Positions 51,390 through 64,000 of a DNA stretch of 64,000 nucleotides are shown piece by piece. Within the stretch, counting starts at the first letter, position 1. Every line of letters begins with the position of its first letter. The translations under genes and the position numbers were made by a program. Origin of the DNA: Lama guanicoe (lineage: Eukaryota). The stretch spans positions 4,275,099 through 4,339,098 of the forward strand of contig MU056216.1 of the NCBI GenBank assembly GCA_013239625.1. The letters run 5' to 3'. The notes beneath the pieces were generated by a model. That model searched no databases. It saw only the letters and a list, made by a program, of their open reading frames with translations, and was not told the origin of the DNA.

Positions 51390-51602
51390 GAGTGTCCCGG
51401 CCGCTGCCATGCTGAGGTTAAGCTGGTGGCTCCCACACGTCCTGTGCACTCTTCCGCTGGAGCACCCAGCACTCGGTTTGTACTTGGTCCCTGGGCCACC
51501 CTCCCCACGGGACTGTGAGCTCCTTGAGGGCAGTGTCCTCTTCACTCCTCCCCGCCTGTCATGGGGATGACTCTTAATAAGTGCTTGCTGAATGCACAAA
51601 TG
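51390..51602 (+). mobile_element. L2 3' tail in ATP7B intron 17
   Basis: ggactgtgagctccttgagggcag..gtcctcttcac..cttaataagtgcttgctgaatg. Confidence 0.7.
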
Positions 51603-52288
51603 AGTTTTAACTAGGAGGGGCTTCTCAAGACGTCCATCATTTGCAAGGATGGCTGAGTAAAGAGAGGGGCTGCTGCTCCGCTATTAAGAAGCAATTCATT
51701 TCCAAAGGCCAACAGCCTTACACACACTTTTGGGAGGGGTGATATATAATTTTCAGGAGGTTGCACTGGAGCCATCCCCACGGGGCAGGCCAGGCACACA
51801 GCAGTGCCGTCCTCACGCCCAAACTCAAAACCAAGGGCCACAGGAGAACTGCCAGGATCTAGTCATCTAACCAGTGCAGAGTGATTAAGAGTTGGGCCGG
51901 CAACACACTCCTGTAACATAAGGGCTACAAGGTTGTCTAGTTCAGCCCTCAGCCACGCCCTTTTCCTCACGGCAGAGACTAGAAAATAGAGAAGTTAGAG
52001 CTGCTTTTCCAGGGCTGCAGCCAGCTGTGCACGAATGACGACACACAGGCCCCAGTGATGTGATCTTTGTGGCACCAGCAAGGTGGCCCCCTGCGTGGTG
52101 CACACGGCTCAGAGCAGATCAGAGCACAGGGGGAGAGAAGCCCCCAGAGAGGGGAAAAGACCAGAAGCAAAGCTGAGGGCTGGCTGCACTAGGGCTTACT
52201 TATTTTCCTCAAACTGTTTCTGCCAGCTTGCAATCGCTTGTAATTTCAGAGTGGAAGACATCCCTGGCCCCCGGCTGCCGGCCCATAC

Positions 52289-52431
52289 CTGGGTGGCGAT
52301 GGCTCTGGCTGTCTTGCGGTTGTCCCCCGTGATCAGAACCACGTCCACACCCATGCTCTTCAGTGTGTGCACGGCCAGGGCGGCCTCCTGCTTGACGGCA
52401 TCCGCGATGGCGATCATCCCACAGAGCACAC
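52289..52431 (-). CDS. ATP7B: ATP7B exon 17 (143 nt)
   Basis: gcAG|GTGTGC...ACCCAG|GTatgg; [47 protein letters not shown] (TGDN). Confidence 0.98.
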
Positions 52432-53618
52432 CTGCAGGAGACACCCCCAGGTAAGTGCAAGCAGAGCACTGCGCAGCCCAGGCCGAGGAGCAAATGAGTC
52501 CTCAGGACGGGAACAGTCTTCATTGCATCACGTTACATGCAAAACCCAAAACACCAAGTTATATGACAGAATATGGTTTTGATTTTTTTCTAAATTTAAA
52601 TACATTTATAGATGCATACAAAAGTTTGGAAGGACTATCAAAAAGTTAATAGTAGTTCTCTGAGAAGTAAGATAATAAGGGATTCCATTTGCTTTACAGT
52701 TACTGAAATTTTCCAAATTTTCTGCAAGGAAAATCTATAACTTCGCAGAGTACCTGGCTTGTAATAACTCAATACCTGTTTGCTATTGAGATATGAGAAA
52801 TATAACAACCACAACAAACACTACATAAAAAGTGACAAACATCCAAAGAGCTAGAAAGTCAATCCTTCTTTTTTGTCTCTTCCTACAGAAAACACCTGTG
52901 TAGAATTTTTTTTTTTTGAGTGAATCTTTAGATACTGACAGGAGGCATCTGAGGACTGAGGTGTGATGGGAGCTGCGAGGGTGAGGATGTGTAAGAGGCA
53001 CTTTGTGCCAGTGCTGGCACTGACGACCTGAGGGACTATGGGTTTACAAGGACTCAGGAGGTGTGGTGGGCGGAAGCAGGAACAAAAAGAGAAAATGGGA
53101 GAAGAGGGGCATTCAAAGTACAGCAGTTAAATTATGCCTTATTTACATGTAGTTCTACTTTTCTTGGCAGAAACTAATGTTAACAAAGTGATATTAATCT
53201 ACCTGAGACGTAGAGCCCAAGATACGCCCTGAGTTTGATCTAAGGCACACGCGACCCCGAGCAGCTCTGTGAAAGCCGCAGGGGGTCCCGCACGCAGATC
53301 ACCCTAGGGTTTACACGTCTTGGAAAGGCGACCACCGTTTCGCCTGCAGTGATAGATGAGAAGGAAGGCTCTCAACTGCCAACGCAGACAGAAGCAGACG
53401 AAGACGGTGAAGACAATTTAGATTCCAAAGGGTAAGGAGGCAATGCCACCTCTACTCTGGTGGTAAAGACAGAGAGGTGAGAGGGAACTTGGGACTGCGA
53501 ATCAAGTGGAAAAGATGGCAAGACCCCCTTTTTCCAAAGAAGAACTAAAAATTAACAGAGGGGAAGGTTTATTTTTAAAATAAGAGGACTCTCTTTCTGC
53601 TTGACATCTCCAGCGTCA

Positions 53619-53804
<186 letters not shown>

Positions 53805-54436
53805 TCACGAGAGTGTGTGGTTATTCCCAAAGAGCCCAATCTCACTGTGAGAAAGCACTGAAAACTATGGGATCCTGTTAACAGCAAAACGTCTACTTGA
53901 CCACTCTGGGAAAGCTACAACCTATTAAGGGCCTCTTGGAACATCATCCTTAAAGGACCAGGGGAAAGAGAATAATTAACGGGCAGAACCGTGGTGTGAA
54001 TTAAAATGTGTGAAGATGTTACAAATGTATTTAACACAGCGTAGTGTCCCTGTTTGCCTTCAGAGGCGCCACCTGCTGCTGCTTCTACAGGGGTTAGAAG
54101 CAGCTAGCTATTTGTCCAGAACCAAAAGCGAGTGTTGACTAGATTCATCACTGCTCGGTACAGGTGTCCTGAGGTGAATCAGCAAATAATCACACAGACT
54201 ATACGTATGAAATGCTTTAAAGCTACACGTCCTAAAAGGCCTGGTGAGTCTTAGACCTGTCACCTCTAGCTACATGTGCCACTAACTCAGGCGTCACTGC
54301 ACACAGATCAGTCCCTGACAGGCAAATGAGACACCTTCTCCGCAGCAGTGAACCACGGGGCAAGCCTAGCGTGGCACCCGGTGTGGCTGGGCCCAGCGCC
54401 CATGGGCTGAGCAGTGGAGATTGAGGCCAGGGGTAC

Positions 54437-54605
54437 CTGTTTCCACGGGGACGCTGCTGACCCCATTCAGGTGAGCGGTCTGTTCGCTCTGCAGGCGCTC
54501 GCCCTGCACCAGGATGCCCTCCACGCTGCTGACTTTACAGCCGATTCCGCAGCCTGGCACCGCCTGGAAGTCCGTGCAGTATCCCATGGTCTCTGTTCCA
54601 AGTTC
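54437..54605 (-). CDS. ATP7B: ATP7B exon 15 (169 nt)
   Basis: tcAG|GAACTT...GAAACAG|GTaccc; [32 protein letters not shown]...VPVET. Confidence 0.96.
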
Positions 54606-55043
54606 CTGAGCCAAAAGGGAGCAGAGAGGAGGCAGAAAACAGAGAGGTGAGTTGAGGGGGTCAGGACAGAGACCGGGCTGAGGGCAGGGGAGAGAGCAGC
54701 AGCCACTGGGAGTTAGCAGGGAGAGGAGGGTGGGAGGCAAACTCCAGGGAAAGGTGACGAGACTGACTATCAGGTCAGCAACTCTGTCTCTTGTCTGACA
54801 CAGACATTTAAAACATCCTAAGCTCGTCTCCTGGAGTTCAGATGCCTGGTGATACTGATGTGAATTGCTTTTCTCCTTTCCAGACTGCAACCTGTCCAAT
54901 ATCACCTGGCATGGGCATCCCCACCTGCTCCAGAGGGGCTTGTTAAGTGGTTTCCAGACCACACAAATCAAGGCCTCCATGGGGGCAGTGGCTCGGGTGC
55001 CAGTGGCAGCAAGGAGGAAGGTCCTGGGAAGAGGAAGGAGTCA

Positions 55044-55304
<261 letters not shown>

Positions 55305-55699
55305 TCAAAACAACCACATCTCAGTGACCAAAACCCAGATGGCAGGGACTCTCAGAGTCCACACAACTGTCACTTAACCCATCTCAAACAGGGAACAAGA
55401 TTCCTTCATGACACATAACAGAATCCCAAGGTTCAGCCACTTTTGCTGCAAAAACATTGTTTCCCTCTATTCAGTTAAAAAAATCCACACTCCTGTGGCT
55501 TAACCTTGACCAGGCTGAGCCAAGAACTCTCACCCTGATGTAACAGGTGATGGCATGGCCTGTCCCCCGGACAGGAGTACCATGCAGGCTTCTTCTCGGG
55601 TCGGGTCGGCAATGCGACCCTGGAGTCTGCCCATCTCCCTGTCCACTGCTACCTGCAGAGCCAACCTCTGTTTTCTCTGGCCTGCATCAGTGCTAAAGC

Positions 55700-56590
55700 C
55701 TTTGGAGGACAGGGCTCCTGACCTCCGAGTTCAAGAAGGAAGGGAGAGCTCCTTGGCTATAATAACAAGCAACCACAGAGCAGTTTGGGGACCCACCCAG
55801 CTTGGTCAGAATCCAGAGTCCACCAGTCCCTGAACTTCATGCTCCCCCAAATGCTCTGTGGGGTCAGCTGCTCGCTGTGCTCAGACTGTCCCACAGGCTT
55901 GGCTTTCCCATTTAGCAAACCACAGACTCAGCTTTTGGTCCTGAGTAGAGGTTTCAACGCTATTAGCTGGCCTGCCTCCAACAGTTCTCGCCTGCTTTCA
56001 GTCCAGCCCTCACTCTGCCGCCAGGGTGCTCCTCCCAACACATGGGGTCACACAGGTGCTTCAGACCCCTCTGTGCAGCCCTGCTGTTCTTTGGTTAAGT
56101 TCCGGATCCCTTCCTAAACAAACCTCCAAGGCCCTTCGAGGCCCACTCTCCCCTCCTTCCTCCCTCGATAGCCTCATCTCCTGTCAGTTTCTCTCTCGAT
56201 GGTTTCCTTTCTGTTCCTGACCTCCATGTGCCAGGCGCTGGGCGGAATGCTGGGACATGGTGGTGGGGAAGTTCATGGCCTCCAGTCCTGTGGAGTCTGA
56301 GGCTGGGTGGCACAGCCTCCCTGGGTCCTTTCCATGTGCTGTTCCCACCACTAGGACACTCTTCCCAGCCTCCATTGTCCGCTAACGCTCGCTCCACTGT
56401 CAGATCTCAGACTAACCCTGTGTCTCCCTCCCTGACCACTGCACCACCCCTACTCCGTTCAACACATGCAAGTCTACGTCAGGCTTTGGCTAAATGGCGC
56501 CTGCTGTTTACTTGCTCCATGTCAGTCTTTCCCACTAGGCTGTAAGCTCCTTGAGAGCCAGAGCGCACACAATAAACGCTCAACGAAGAC
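55700..56590 (+). mobile_element. L2 fragments in ATP7B intron 13
   Basis: gggtcctttccatgtgctgttccc..; ccactaggctgtaagctccttgagagc..aataaacgct. Confidence 0.55.
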
Positions 56591-56934
56591 CAGAGACGTA
56601 AAGGAAGTGACGGGAAGGATGGAAAGCTGGGGACTGCTGGGAGTCCAGAGGCTGACCCTTCACACACACTGCCACTCATGACTCCACCCTGAGCTCTCGG
56701 GCCCTCCCTCATCCCATGAAGGCAGCGCTGCTTCCTTCCGGGGAGCCCGGCCACCTGGGTGGGAGTCCGGCTCCGCAGGCCTTTGGCAAGTCACCCGGCC
56801 TCCTCCTGATGGAGTTCCCACACCCGGAAAACCACTGTTCATAAAGCACTTAATGTTGTCCCTGCTTCCTGTTTTACTGAATTAGCACTGCTAACCCCAC
56901 CCTCTTTCAGGTTTTCCTCCTCATATGAAATTTA

Positions 56935-57399
<465 letters not shown>

Positions 57400-57539
57400 T
57401 CACGTCACTGTTCTGTATCCCACGTCTCCAACCTGATGCTGCAGGCTTTCCCCGGGGACAGGCATTATGAGAGGAGAGAGTCACTTAAAAATCCCTGACA
57501 GGAAATGAGCAGACTCTAGAATGGGACCGTGCAGGTCCA

Positions 57540-58200
57540 CACTCTGGCTCTGACACTAACTTAACCTCTCCGTGTCTCAGCTGCCTCACGTACGAGATGG
57601 ACATGAAAATACTCATCTCACAGGTGGTGGTAAGGACTAGGTGAGATATATATAAACACATATGAACATACAAATATACTTAGGGCAACACCTGGCATAG
57701 GAGAGGCGTCTGAGAAATTTTAACTATTACATTATCATGTCTTTTACATTATCATTATTATTTTTAATTATTATGGAAGCTATAAAAAAAGTATAGGTCT
57801 CCAAGGAATCTACTCTAAGGTAATAATAATACAAGTGGGAAAAGATACAAGGATATTTATCACAGTGCTCTTCCATAATGGCAAAAAACTGGAAACAACC
57901 AATAAGGGACTGGTTAATTAAACTGTGGGCATGGCATGCATAATGGGATGTTATGCAAATGTTAAAATGATGATGTATACCTATACTTACTGACATGGAA
58001 AGATATCAGTAACATTGCTGAAAAAAAAAAAACAAGCACAAAATGGCACATGTAATGATTTAATCAGTGCAAAATTATCTGCCCTTATCTGTATATAGCT
58101 TTCCAACAATCCTGGAAAGATGTTCACCAAAGTGCAGAAAAATGCATTGGAGGGGTAGCATCTGGACCCATCTCTTATTTTCTTCCATTTTCCACCATTG
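57540..58200 (+). mobile_element. MIR (57540-57740) followed by an L1ME-type 3' fragment
   Basis: aacttaacctctccgtgtctcagctgcctcac..ggtgtaaggactag..cacctggcatagg; caaggatatttatcacagtgc..aaactggaaacaacc..aattaaactgtgg. Confidence 0.7.
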
Positions 58201-59282
58201 TTTTCTTCATAAATCCAAAACAAATGAAATACAGGGCTCCTTCCCAGTTACCTGGTGGCACATACTGGCATTATTATTTGCATTATGACATCCTGAGTTA
58301 TCTTGGTTGATCTTTCAAAACAGCTGGCGTCTCTGGAGTACAATGGAGAGACGCTATATTCACTTAATTACAGTAAGAAGCATGTTTTCCAAATCAAGGC
58401 TACAGACTGCAATTCTCTTCCACCTACCCTTTGTTCTTTGACTTTGAAAGGCAGGATTCTAAAATAAGATACATCACTTGGGGTCATTTAATTTTTACGG
58501 AAACTGCTGGACTGAGGTAGAGGGACATGCTGTCCAAGTCATAATGTGGTTTTCAGAAGTAAAGAGGAAGTGACTTTTTTTTTTAAACCCAGAAATTCTT
58601 GTCAAAATGACACCTGGCACTCTGAGGGGACGGGGTGGACTTCCAAAAGCTGACTCGAACTCTGGCCCTACAAGCGATGTTCCCAGAGCAGAGTGGTAAC
58701 AGTGTCTTAAAGGAACATGCGGTACCTCTGTTGCCAGCATCCTCCCTGATGTTGTGGAGAAAAACAAAAGAAGCAAAAGTAAGATGGAAAGGCAGGGAAC
58801 AGCAGGAAGACATGTATCCCAGCTTGCTTAGGACAGAGTTTCCCACAGCCACGTGCCAACGAGCTGCTCTCCCACAAAAGCCACAACAATAGGCAGTCAG
58901 GTGCCATAACAGCCCTGAGAAATTCTAGGATCACAGGGGGACTCTTAGAAGCACTGAGATCTCTTTTAGACATCAGAAAGTGTTTAACTTGGGCATTTTT
59001 CATTTTAAGATAGGAAATCTGAGGGAGAAAGTAACATTTCAGTGAATGACATGCACCCTAGGAATATATGATGTGCCTTTAATTATGGATAGAAATTTTC
59101 TTAAAAGGAAAAAACTATCCATTCTGTATTTGCAGTTTCTTATGTTATGGCTGTAAGGAAAAATACACATTAGATTGGGCTAAGGATGAGATATTTTTTA
59201 AAATGAGGTAAAACATTGTTCCACTCAGTGGGCAGTTATTGAACACTACTAAGTGAGCTATTAGCTCTTCTTGTCCATCAAG

Positions 59283-59480
59283 GGGACACCCTCAGCACTC
59301 CTGACATCTGGGGCCGGGTCATTCTTCGCCGTGGGGGCCTGTCCTGTGCATTGCAGGATGTTTGACAGTGTCCCTGGGCTCCACGTGCCAGATGCCAGTA
59401 GCACCCCCTCCTCAGTCATGACAACCAAAAACATCTCCAGACACAGCCAGACCAAAATTCCTCTCAACTGCACAGCGCTG
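59283..59480. mobile_element. MER20 hAT-Charlie DNA transposon
   Basis: cctcagcactcctgacatctggggccggg..gggcctgtcctgtgcattgcaggatgttt..cagatgccagtagcacccc..gacaaccaaaaacatctccagaca. Confidence 0.9.
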
Positions 59481-60076
59481 ATGTACAGTTCTTGTTTCTG
59501 AAGCAGAAAAGCTTTTTTGCATTTTTTTGAAGTTTTATAAAACTATATTTCCTAAGATAGTATTCTACGCCCACTTCTTAAACTCAAAAATGTATATTCT
59601 GTTGCCTCATATATAATGTTCAATAAATAATTATTATAAAAAATTAGCATTACTTGGGAAGCTGCAAGGTTAGATAGTATATATGCACATAGACAACAAA
59701 AAATATTTTTTTTCTTAGAACTGGTTAAATATTATCATGCCATCAAAATTGTGACCTGACCTATCTTCCATGATGTGTTCCCTATAACCTCAAAAATGGC
59801 CAATAGTGCAAAATGCAAATGCTTTAAATGTTAGAACTAACAGTCAATGGTGTCTGAAATTATCAACCTAGAAAGCAAATGGCATCTTTAGTAAAAGCCT
59901 GCAGGGGAAGGGTGACTGACTGTCCTACTCTGGTTAAGATTTTGCTGCCAACAAGTGAAGCAAGCAAATAAAATGTAATGGGTAATTAAAGCCCAGTGAG
60001 TCTCAGACATGAAAAATATAGGATTAATGGCAATCGACTGTTTAAAACCCAACAACCATACTGCCCACAGCATTCA

Positions 60077-60217
<141 letters not shown>

Positions 60218-60417
60218 CTATGGAAATAAAACACCGAGACCGCGGGAAATTACTTTCTCCAAAGAAATAAAACACCACAAGCCTGGACTAGGACTTGGAT
60301 TCCTAGCTCCCTCATTAACTACGTTTATTAGTCAATAAAATCTGCCTGATTCTATGGGACTCTTGGAATGACTTCTAAAAAGAGGAAGCTAAAGTTATAT
60401 TAAGACTCCTTAGTTAC

Positions 60418-60572
60418 CTTTGACATCTGAGCCTCTTCCACCAACTTCACGATCTGAGCCAGGGTGGTGTTGTTGCCCACGTGGGTGGCAGTAACGAGCA
60501 CAGAGCCGTGGGCGTTTATGGACCCGGCGATCACCGTGCTGCCAGGTTTCTTGGTGACCGGCATGGCCTCTC
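60418..60572 (-). CDS. ATP7B: ATP7B exon 11 (155 nt)
   Basis: ctAG|GAGAGG...TCAAAG|GTaact; [51 protein letters not shown]. Confidence 0.97.
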
Positions 60573-60680
60573 CTAGCAGCGGAGGGGAGACCAACACCCC
60601 GCGCTCAGCCTCACTTGGCACCCCAGGGTCCGGCCAGGGGGTTGACACCCACTCCAAGGGACGTGCACTGGTGGCCTCAC

Positions 60681-60808
60681 CTGTGATGAGGGACTCGTCG
60701 GCCATGGTGCTGCCTTCCAGGACTTTCCCGTCCACCGGGAACTTGCCCCCGGGGACGACCTTGATGGTATCGCCACGCTGCACCAGCTCCATGGGCACCT
60801 GCTCCTCC
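60681..60808 (-). CDS. ATP7B: ATP7B exon 10 (128 nt); exons 1-9 lie beyond the window
   Basis: gcAG|GGAGGAG...ATCACAG|GTgagg; [42 protein letters not shown] (A-domain). Confidence 0.97.
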
Positions 60809-60959
60809 CTGCAACAGCCGCCACCTGGTTACCCCCGGGGCGGCGCACGGCACTCACCCTCCCAACAAATCGCCGGGCTGGTTACACTACACTTGCTTTG
60901 CACTGAGTGGCAGTGGTCATTTTATCTGCCATTTACAGGCTGAGCCGATATTAATACTG

Positions 60960-62520
60960 TGTAGCTGCTAAGTACCAGGCACCATCCTCAGCCCTGGGAT
61001 ACGGCTGTGAGCAGGACAGCCAAGTCCCAACCCTCATGAAGACAACTGTGGAGGAAACAGACAACAAGCAAGACACTTCAAGGCATCAAATAAGTGCCGT
61101 GAGGACAATACTGTGACTGGAGGGCTTCTCTCAGTGGCGGGGGAGGGGAGAGAAGTCGGAAGGCCTTGCTGGAAGATGACATTTGAGGAGAGACCTGCAC
61201 ATCAAGGGGGCCCAACATCCAGAGAAGGAAAACTCCAGGGAGGAAAAACAGCCAACGCACAGGCCCTGCGGTGGGAAGGAGGGCGCCCCTGGGCGACAGG
61301 CAGCTGGTGAACACGGCTGGAGGGACCTAAGTGAAACAGGCAGAACCCAGGTCATATCGGGTCTTGCAGAGTAAAGTAAGCACTTTGGATGTGAGGTTTT
61401 GGTGGGAAAGTGACACGAGCCGGTTCACAACCTCATGGTACCTCTCCGGCTGCTGCACGGGCACGGGCTGTAGGGGCAGTAACAGGAGCTGAGAGAGGAG
61501 GGTGGCTGTGGCAGGAACCCAAGCAGAAGACAGCAGGGCACGGGCTGGGGATGAGGGATGGGATGCTGGGACCTCTTTGGGGCAAGACGCGCCACGGAGA
61601 TGTGCACATGCACTGAACATGTGAGAAGAGATGCCAGCGCCAGCTCTCCTATTTCAGTCTGAGCAACTGGGTGGATGAGAGGACATTTAATGAGATGGAG
61701 ACAACTGTGCAGAAGTGGCTGCAGGAGAGAGAAGAGAAGGAGGGAGATGAGATGAAGATCTCCATCCCAGCACGCCGGGTCTGGGATGCCCACCTGACTG
61801 CCACGCAGACACGTCAAGCAGGGACTCGACAACAGGATTCGGGCTGAGGGAAAAGGTCAAATCTGGGAGCTGTCAAAACATCGATGGTTTCAACAGCCTG
61901 AAATGGTATGAGTTCACCCAGGTGTGCGGCTGGGGGAGACCTCGGCCCTGGGGCACTGAGCAGGCGGAAGGGCCAGCCAGGGGTGTGGAGGAAAAGGAGA
62001 GAGTGAGGCCCCGTGGGAGGGGCACCCATTCCCAGCGCAGCAAACACGTAGATGTCACTATGCGGACGCAAATACACGTTAACTTTCATCAGGTGCTACG
62101 CCAGGGATCTGTGGACTTCAGTGCAGTGAAGCTACATCTTAATAAAAAAGAAGACGGGTTTTAAAAGGGACAGAAAATGGGGGAAATGTCGGTGAGAGGC
62201 TGAAATGAGGATTAAATAAAAGCAATGGAAATTACTTGATGTCTCTGGCAAAAGTGATTTCAGAAATCAGTGGAGGAACAAAGCCAGCGAGGAGAGCGCG
62301 GGAGGGGAGGAAACAAGGCAGCAGCTGAAGACAACCTTCAAAAAAAAGTTCTGCTGCGAAAGGGAAGAGAAAAACAGCAGAAGAGGGCGTGGACTAAGAC
62401 AGGAAACTGTGAACTGTGCATCTGTGTGAAGTGTCTGCAGGGGGAATGTCTCACAGAGAGCGAGAGACAGACGGGGGGGCAGAGGGGAGGGGCGACAGGA
62501 ACGGAGTGATCCAGGGAGCA
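60960..62520 (-). mobile_element. L2 LINE in ATP7B intron 9
   Basis: ctgctaagtaccaggcaccatcctcagccctgggatacggctgtgagcaggacag..gatgacatttgag..ctgagcaactgggtggatg..atggtttcaacagcctg. Confidence 0.75.
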
Positions 62521-63079
62521 AGGCTGGCCTCTCTCTGAAAGCAGCACATGGGCTGAATTTACTTACTTGTATAAAGAACATTGGCTCATGAACAAATGGT
62601 GATAAAGTCAGAAAGGTATGCGTGCAGAACACGTAGGGCTTCAGGGTTATTTTACACCTTCCCTCCATACTACAAAGACTACATTTAAAGGATCACAGAG
62701 AGGAGCGTACAAAAAAGCCACCCTACCTAAGAAGGAAAAAGATGCGCCCCTCCTTGTCCTCAGATCAGTGGAGTGGCCTGTGCCCTGGTGGTCCTGCCGT
62801 CACAGGCACTCCGAAATGAAAGGCAGAAAGTAAAGGCAGTCGCCTAACGCTTAATTTCCAATCTGAATGTTTTCACATCTCAAAAGCTCTCATGTCACTA
62901 ATTTATAAGAGGAAAAACAGCCAAGATGCACAACCACTGAGGAGTGACCAAAGCAATCACATCCTGAGGGGGCCCTAAAGCACCCGCTGCCCGGTCACAC
63001 GGGGTCCTCCTGTCCAGGAGATAGTTTAGAGCAGGGCTGAGAGCACGGCTCTGGGTCTCCAGGGGCCCATCCCTGCTCT

Positions 63080-63265
63080 GCCACGCCCCTGCCATGGACT
63101 CTGGGCAACCAATTTCCCCTCACAGAGCTGTGGGCTCCTCCTGGGAGGGGCACGGTGGCACCCACCTCATGGGGCAGTGATCAGGGTGACATCAGTCTAT
63201 TTGCAGTGCTGGGTAGTGTTCCTGGAACACAGCAAGCTCTCTGATCTCAGCTATTACTACCATAG
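63080..63265 (+). mobile_element. MIR
   Basis: gactctgggcaaccaatttcccctc..cacccacctcatggggcagtg..cagtgctggg..cctggaacacagcaagctct..agctattact. Confidence 0.6.
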
Positions 63266-64000
63266 TTCTGATTCTTACTTAAAAGCCAGAGTCTAGGCAA
63301 AACCCGGTGCTGCTGCGCTTGGTCAGCCTGTGCCTCATAAACTTTCACTCACTCACGTCTCAATCACTGGTCCACGGGCTCAACAGAGGCTCACTCAGTG
63401 CCCATGGGCGCAGGGGACCTGCCTCGGCCTCAAAGGGCCGTCTCTCGGAGACATGGCCAGGAAGCCAGCAACAGTGTGATGAATGCTCAGCACACAGTGG
63501 GAGGGGACACCAATGGTTGCTCAGTGGCAGGAGAGCTCGGAGCATACGTCGCACTGGATGGTAAGAATCAGCAGAGACAGGGACACTGGAGATGGGTGAC
63601 AGTTCCACAGAGGAAGGCTCCTGAGCAGACGCCCCAGAGAGAGACGCCTCCTCCCCCACTGGAGCAGCAGGGGAGGCAGCTTGGTAAGCTGAGTGACAGC
63701 CGGGTGACAGGAAACTGATGGATTTCCCATCGCAGCTTCTAATTCCAAGTCAGAAGTGAGATCACAGACCAACAGGGAAAGTGGCAGGGCCAGAGAGATT
63801 TCAGGAATGCGAAGTGGTTATAAATAACCACTGCCTAGAATATGAAAATGAAGCTGACCGGAGAAACACAGAAGCCTTAATTTGTAAAAACGTTCCTGTT
63901 ATTGAATAACGCTTTAAGAGTCAGTATATGTAAGTGCTAAGAACATGGACTCTGGAACCAACAGCACAGGTTTGTTCCGATTCCACTACTGAATACCTGT

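Noticed and set aside
52448-52456. Perfect CAG|GTAAGT donor on the + strand, antisense to ATP7B
   Set aside because: One such 9-mer is expected by chance in a window this size, and it coincides with the likely exon 17 branch-point region (CTTAC) on the - strand
60860-64000. ATP7B exon 9 or the pineal PINA intronic promoter
   Set aside because: The exon 9 sequence ([21 protein letters not shown]) is not present; it and intron 8 lie beyond the window

Overview
Mammalian genomic DNA, almost certainly a camelid (alpaca/llama/camel): a Vic-1-type tRNA-derived SINE lies at ~30086-30222 and there are several young cetartiodactyl-type L1 3' ends. The window covers the conserved CCDC70-ATP7B neighbourhood. 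On the + strand is CCDC70, with a single coding exon at 12826-13497, a probable non-coding first exon/promoter near 8.9-9.3 kb and AATAAA at 13614. On the - strand is the 3' part of the Wilson-disease Cu-transporting P1B-ATPase ATP7B: exons 10-21, all GT-AG flanked, in frame, and with lengths matching the human exons as I recall them. The [35 protein letters not shown] and DKWSLLL motifs are intact, and there is a ~2 kb 3'UTR. Exons 1-9 lie beyond the right edge. The rest is repeat-rich intergenic/intronic DNA (L1, HAL1, L2, MIR, CR1, MaLR/ERVL/ERV1 LTRs, hAT and Tigger elements, microsatellites) with three N gaps. Repeat family names are from recall of consensus sequences, not from a search. 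I found no CRISPR array, rRNA or true tRNA gene, and no previously undescribed system that the sequence alone can establish. The best leads are: an in-frame, stop-free 108-nt ATP7B intron that re-creates the TGEA motif if retained; non-conservative ATP7B substitutions (D893N, L936S, human numbering); the two-part 22-heptad Phe/Trp architecture of CCDC70; clustered RFX X-boxes near CCDC70; a solo LTR with intact promoter architecture; and palindromic bidirectional poly(A) signals downstream of ATP7B.
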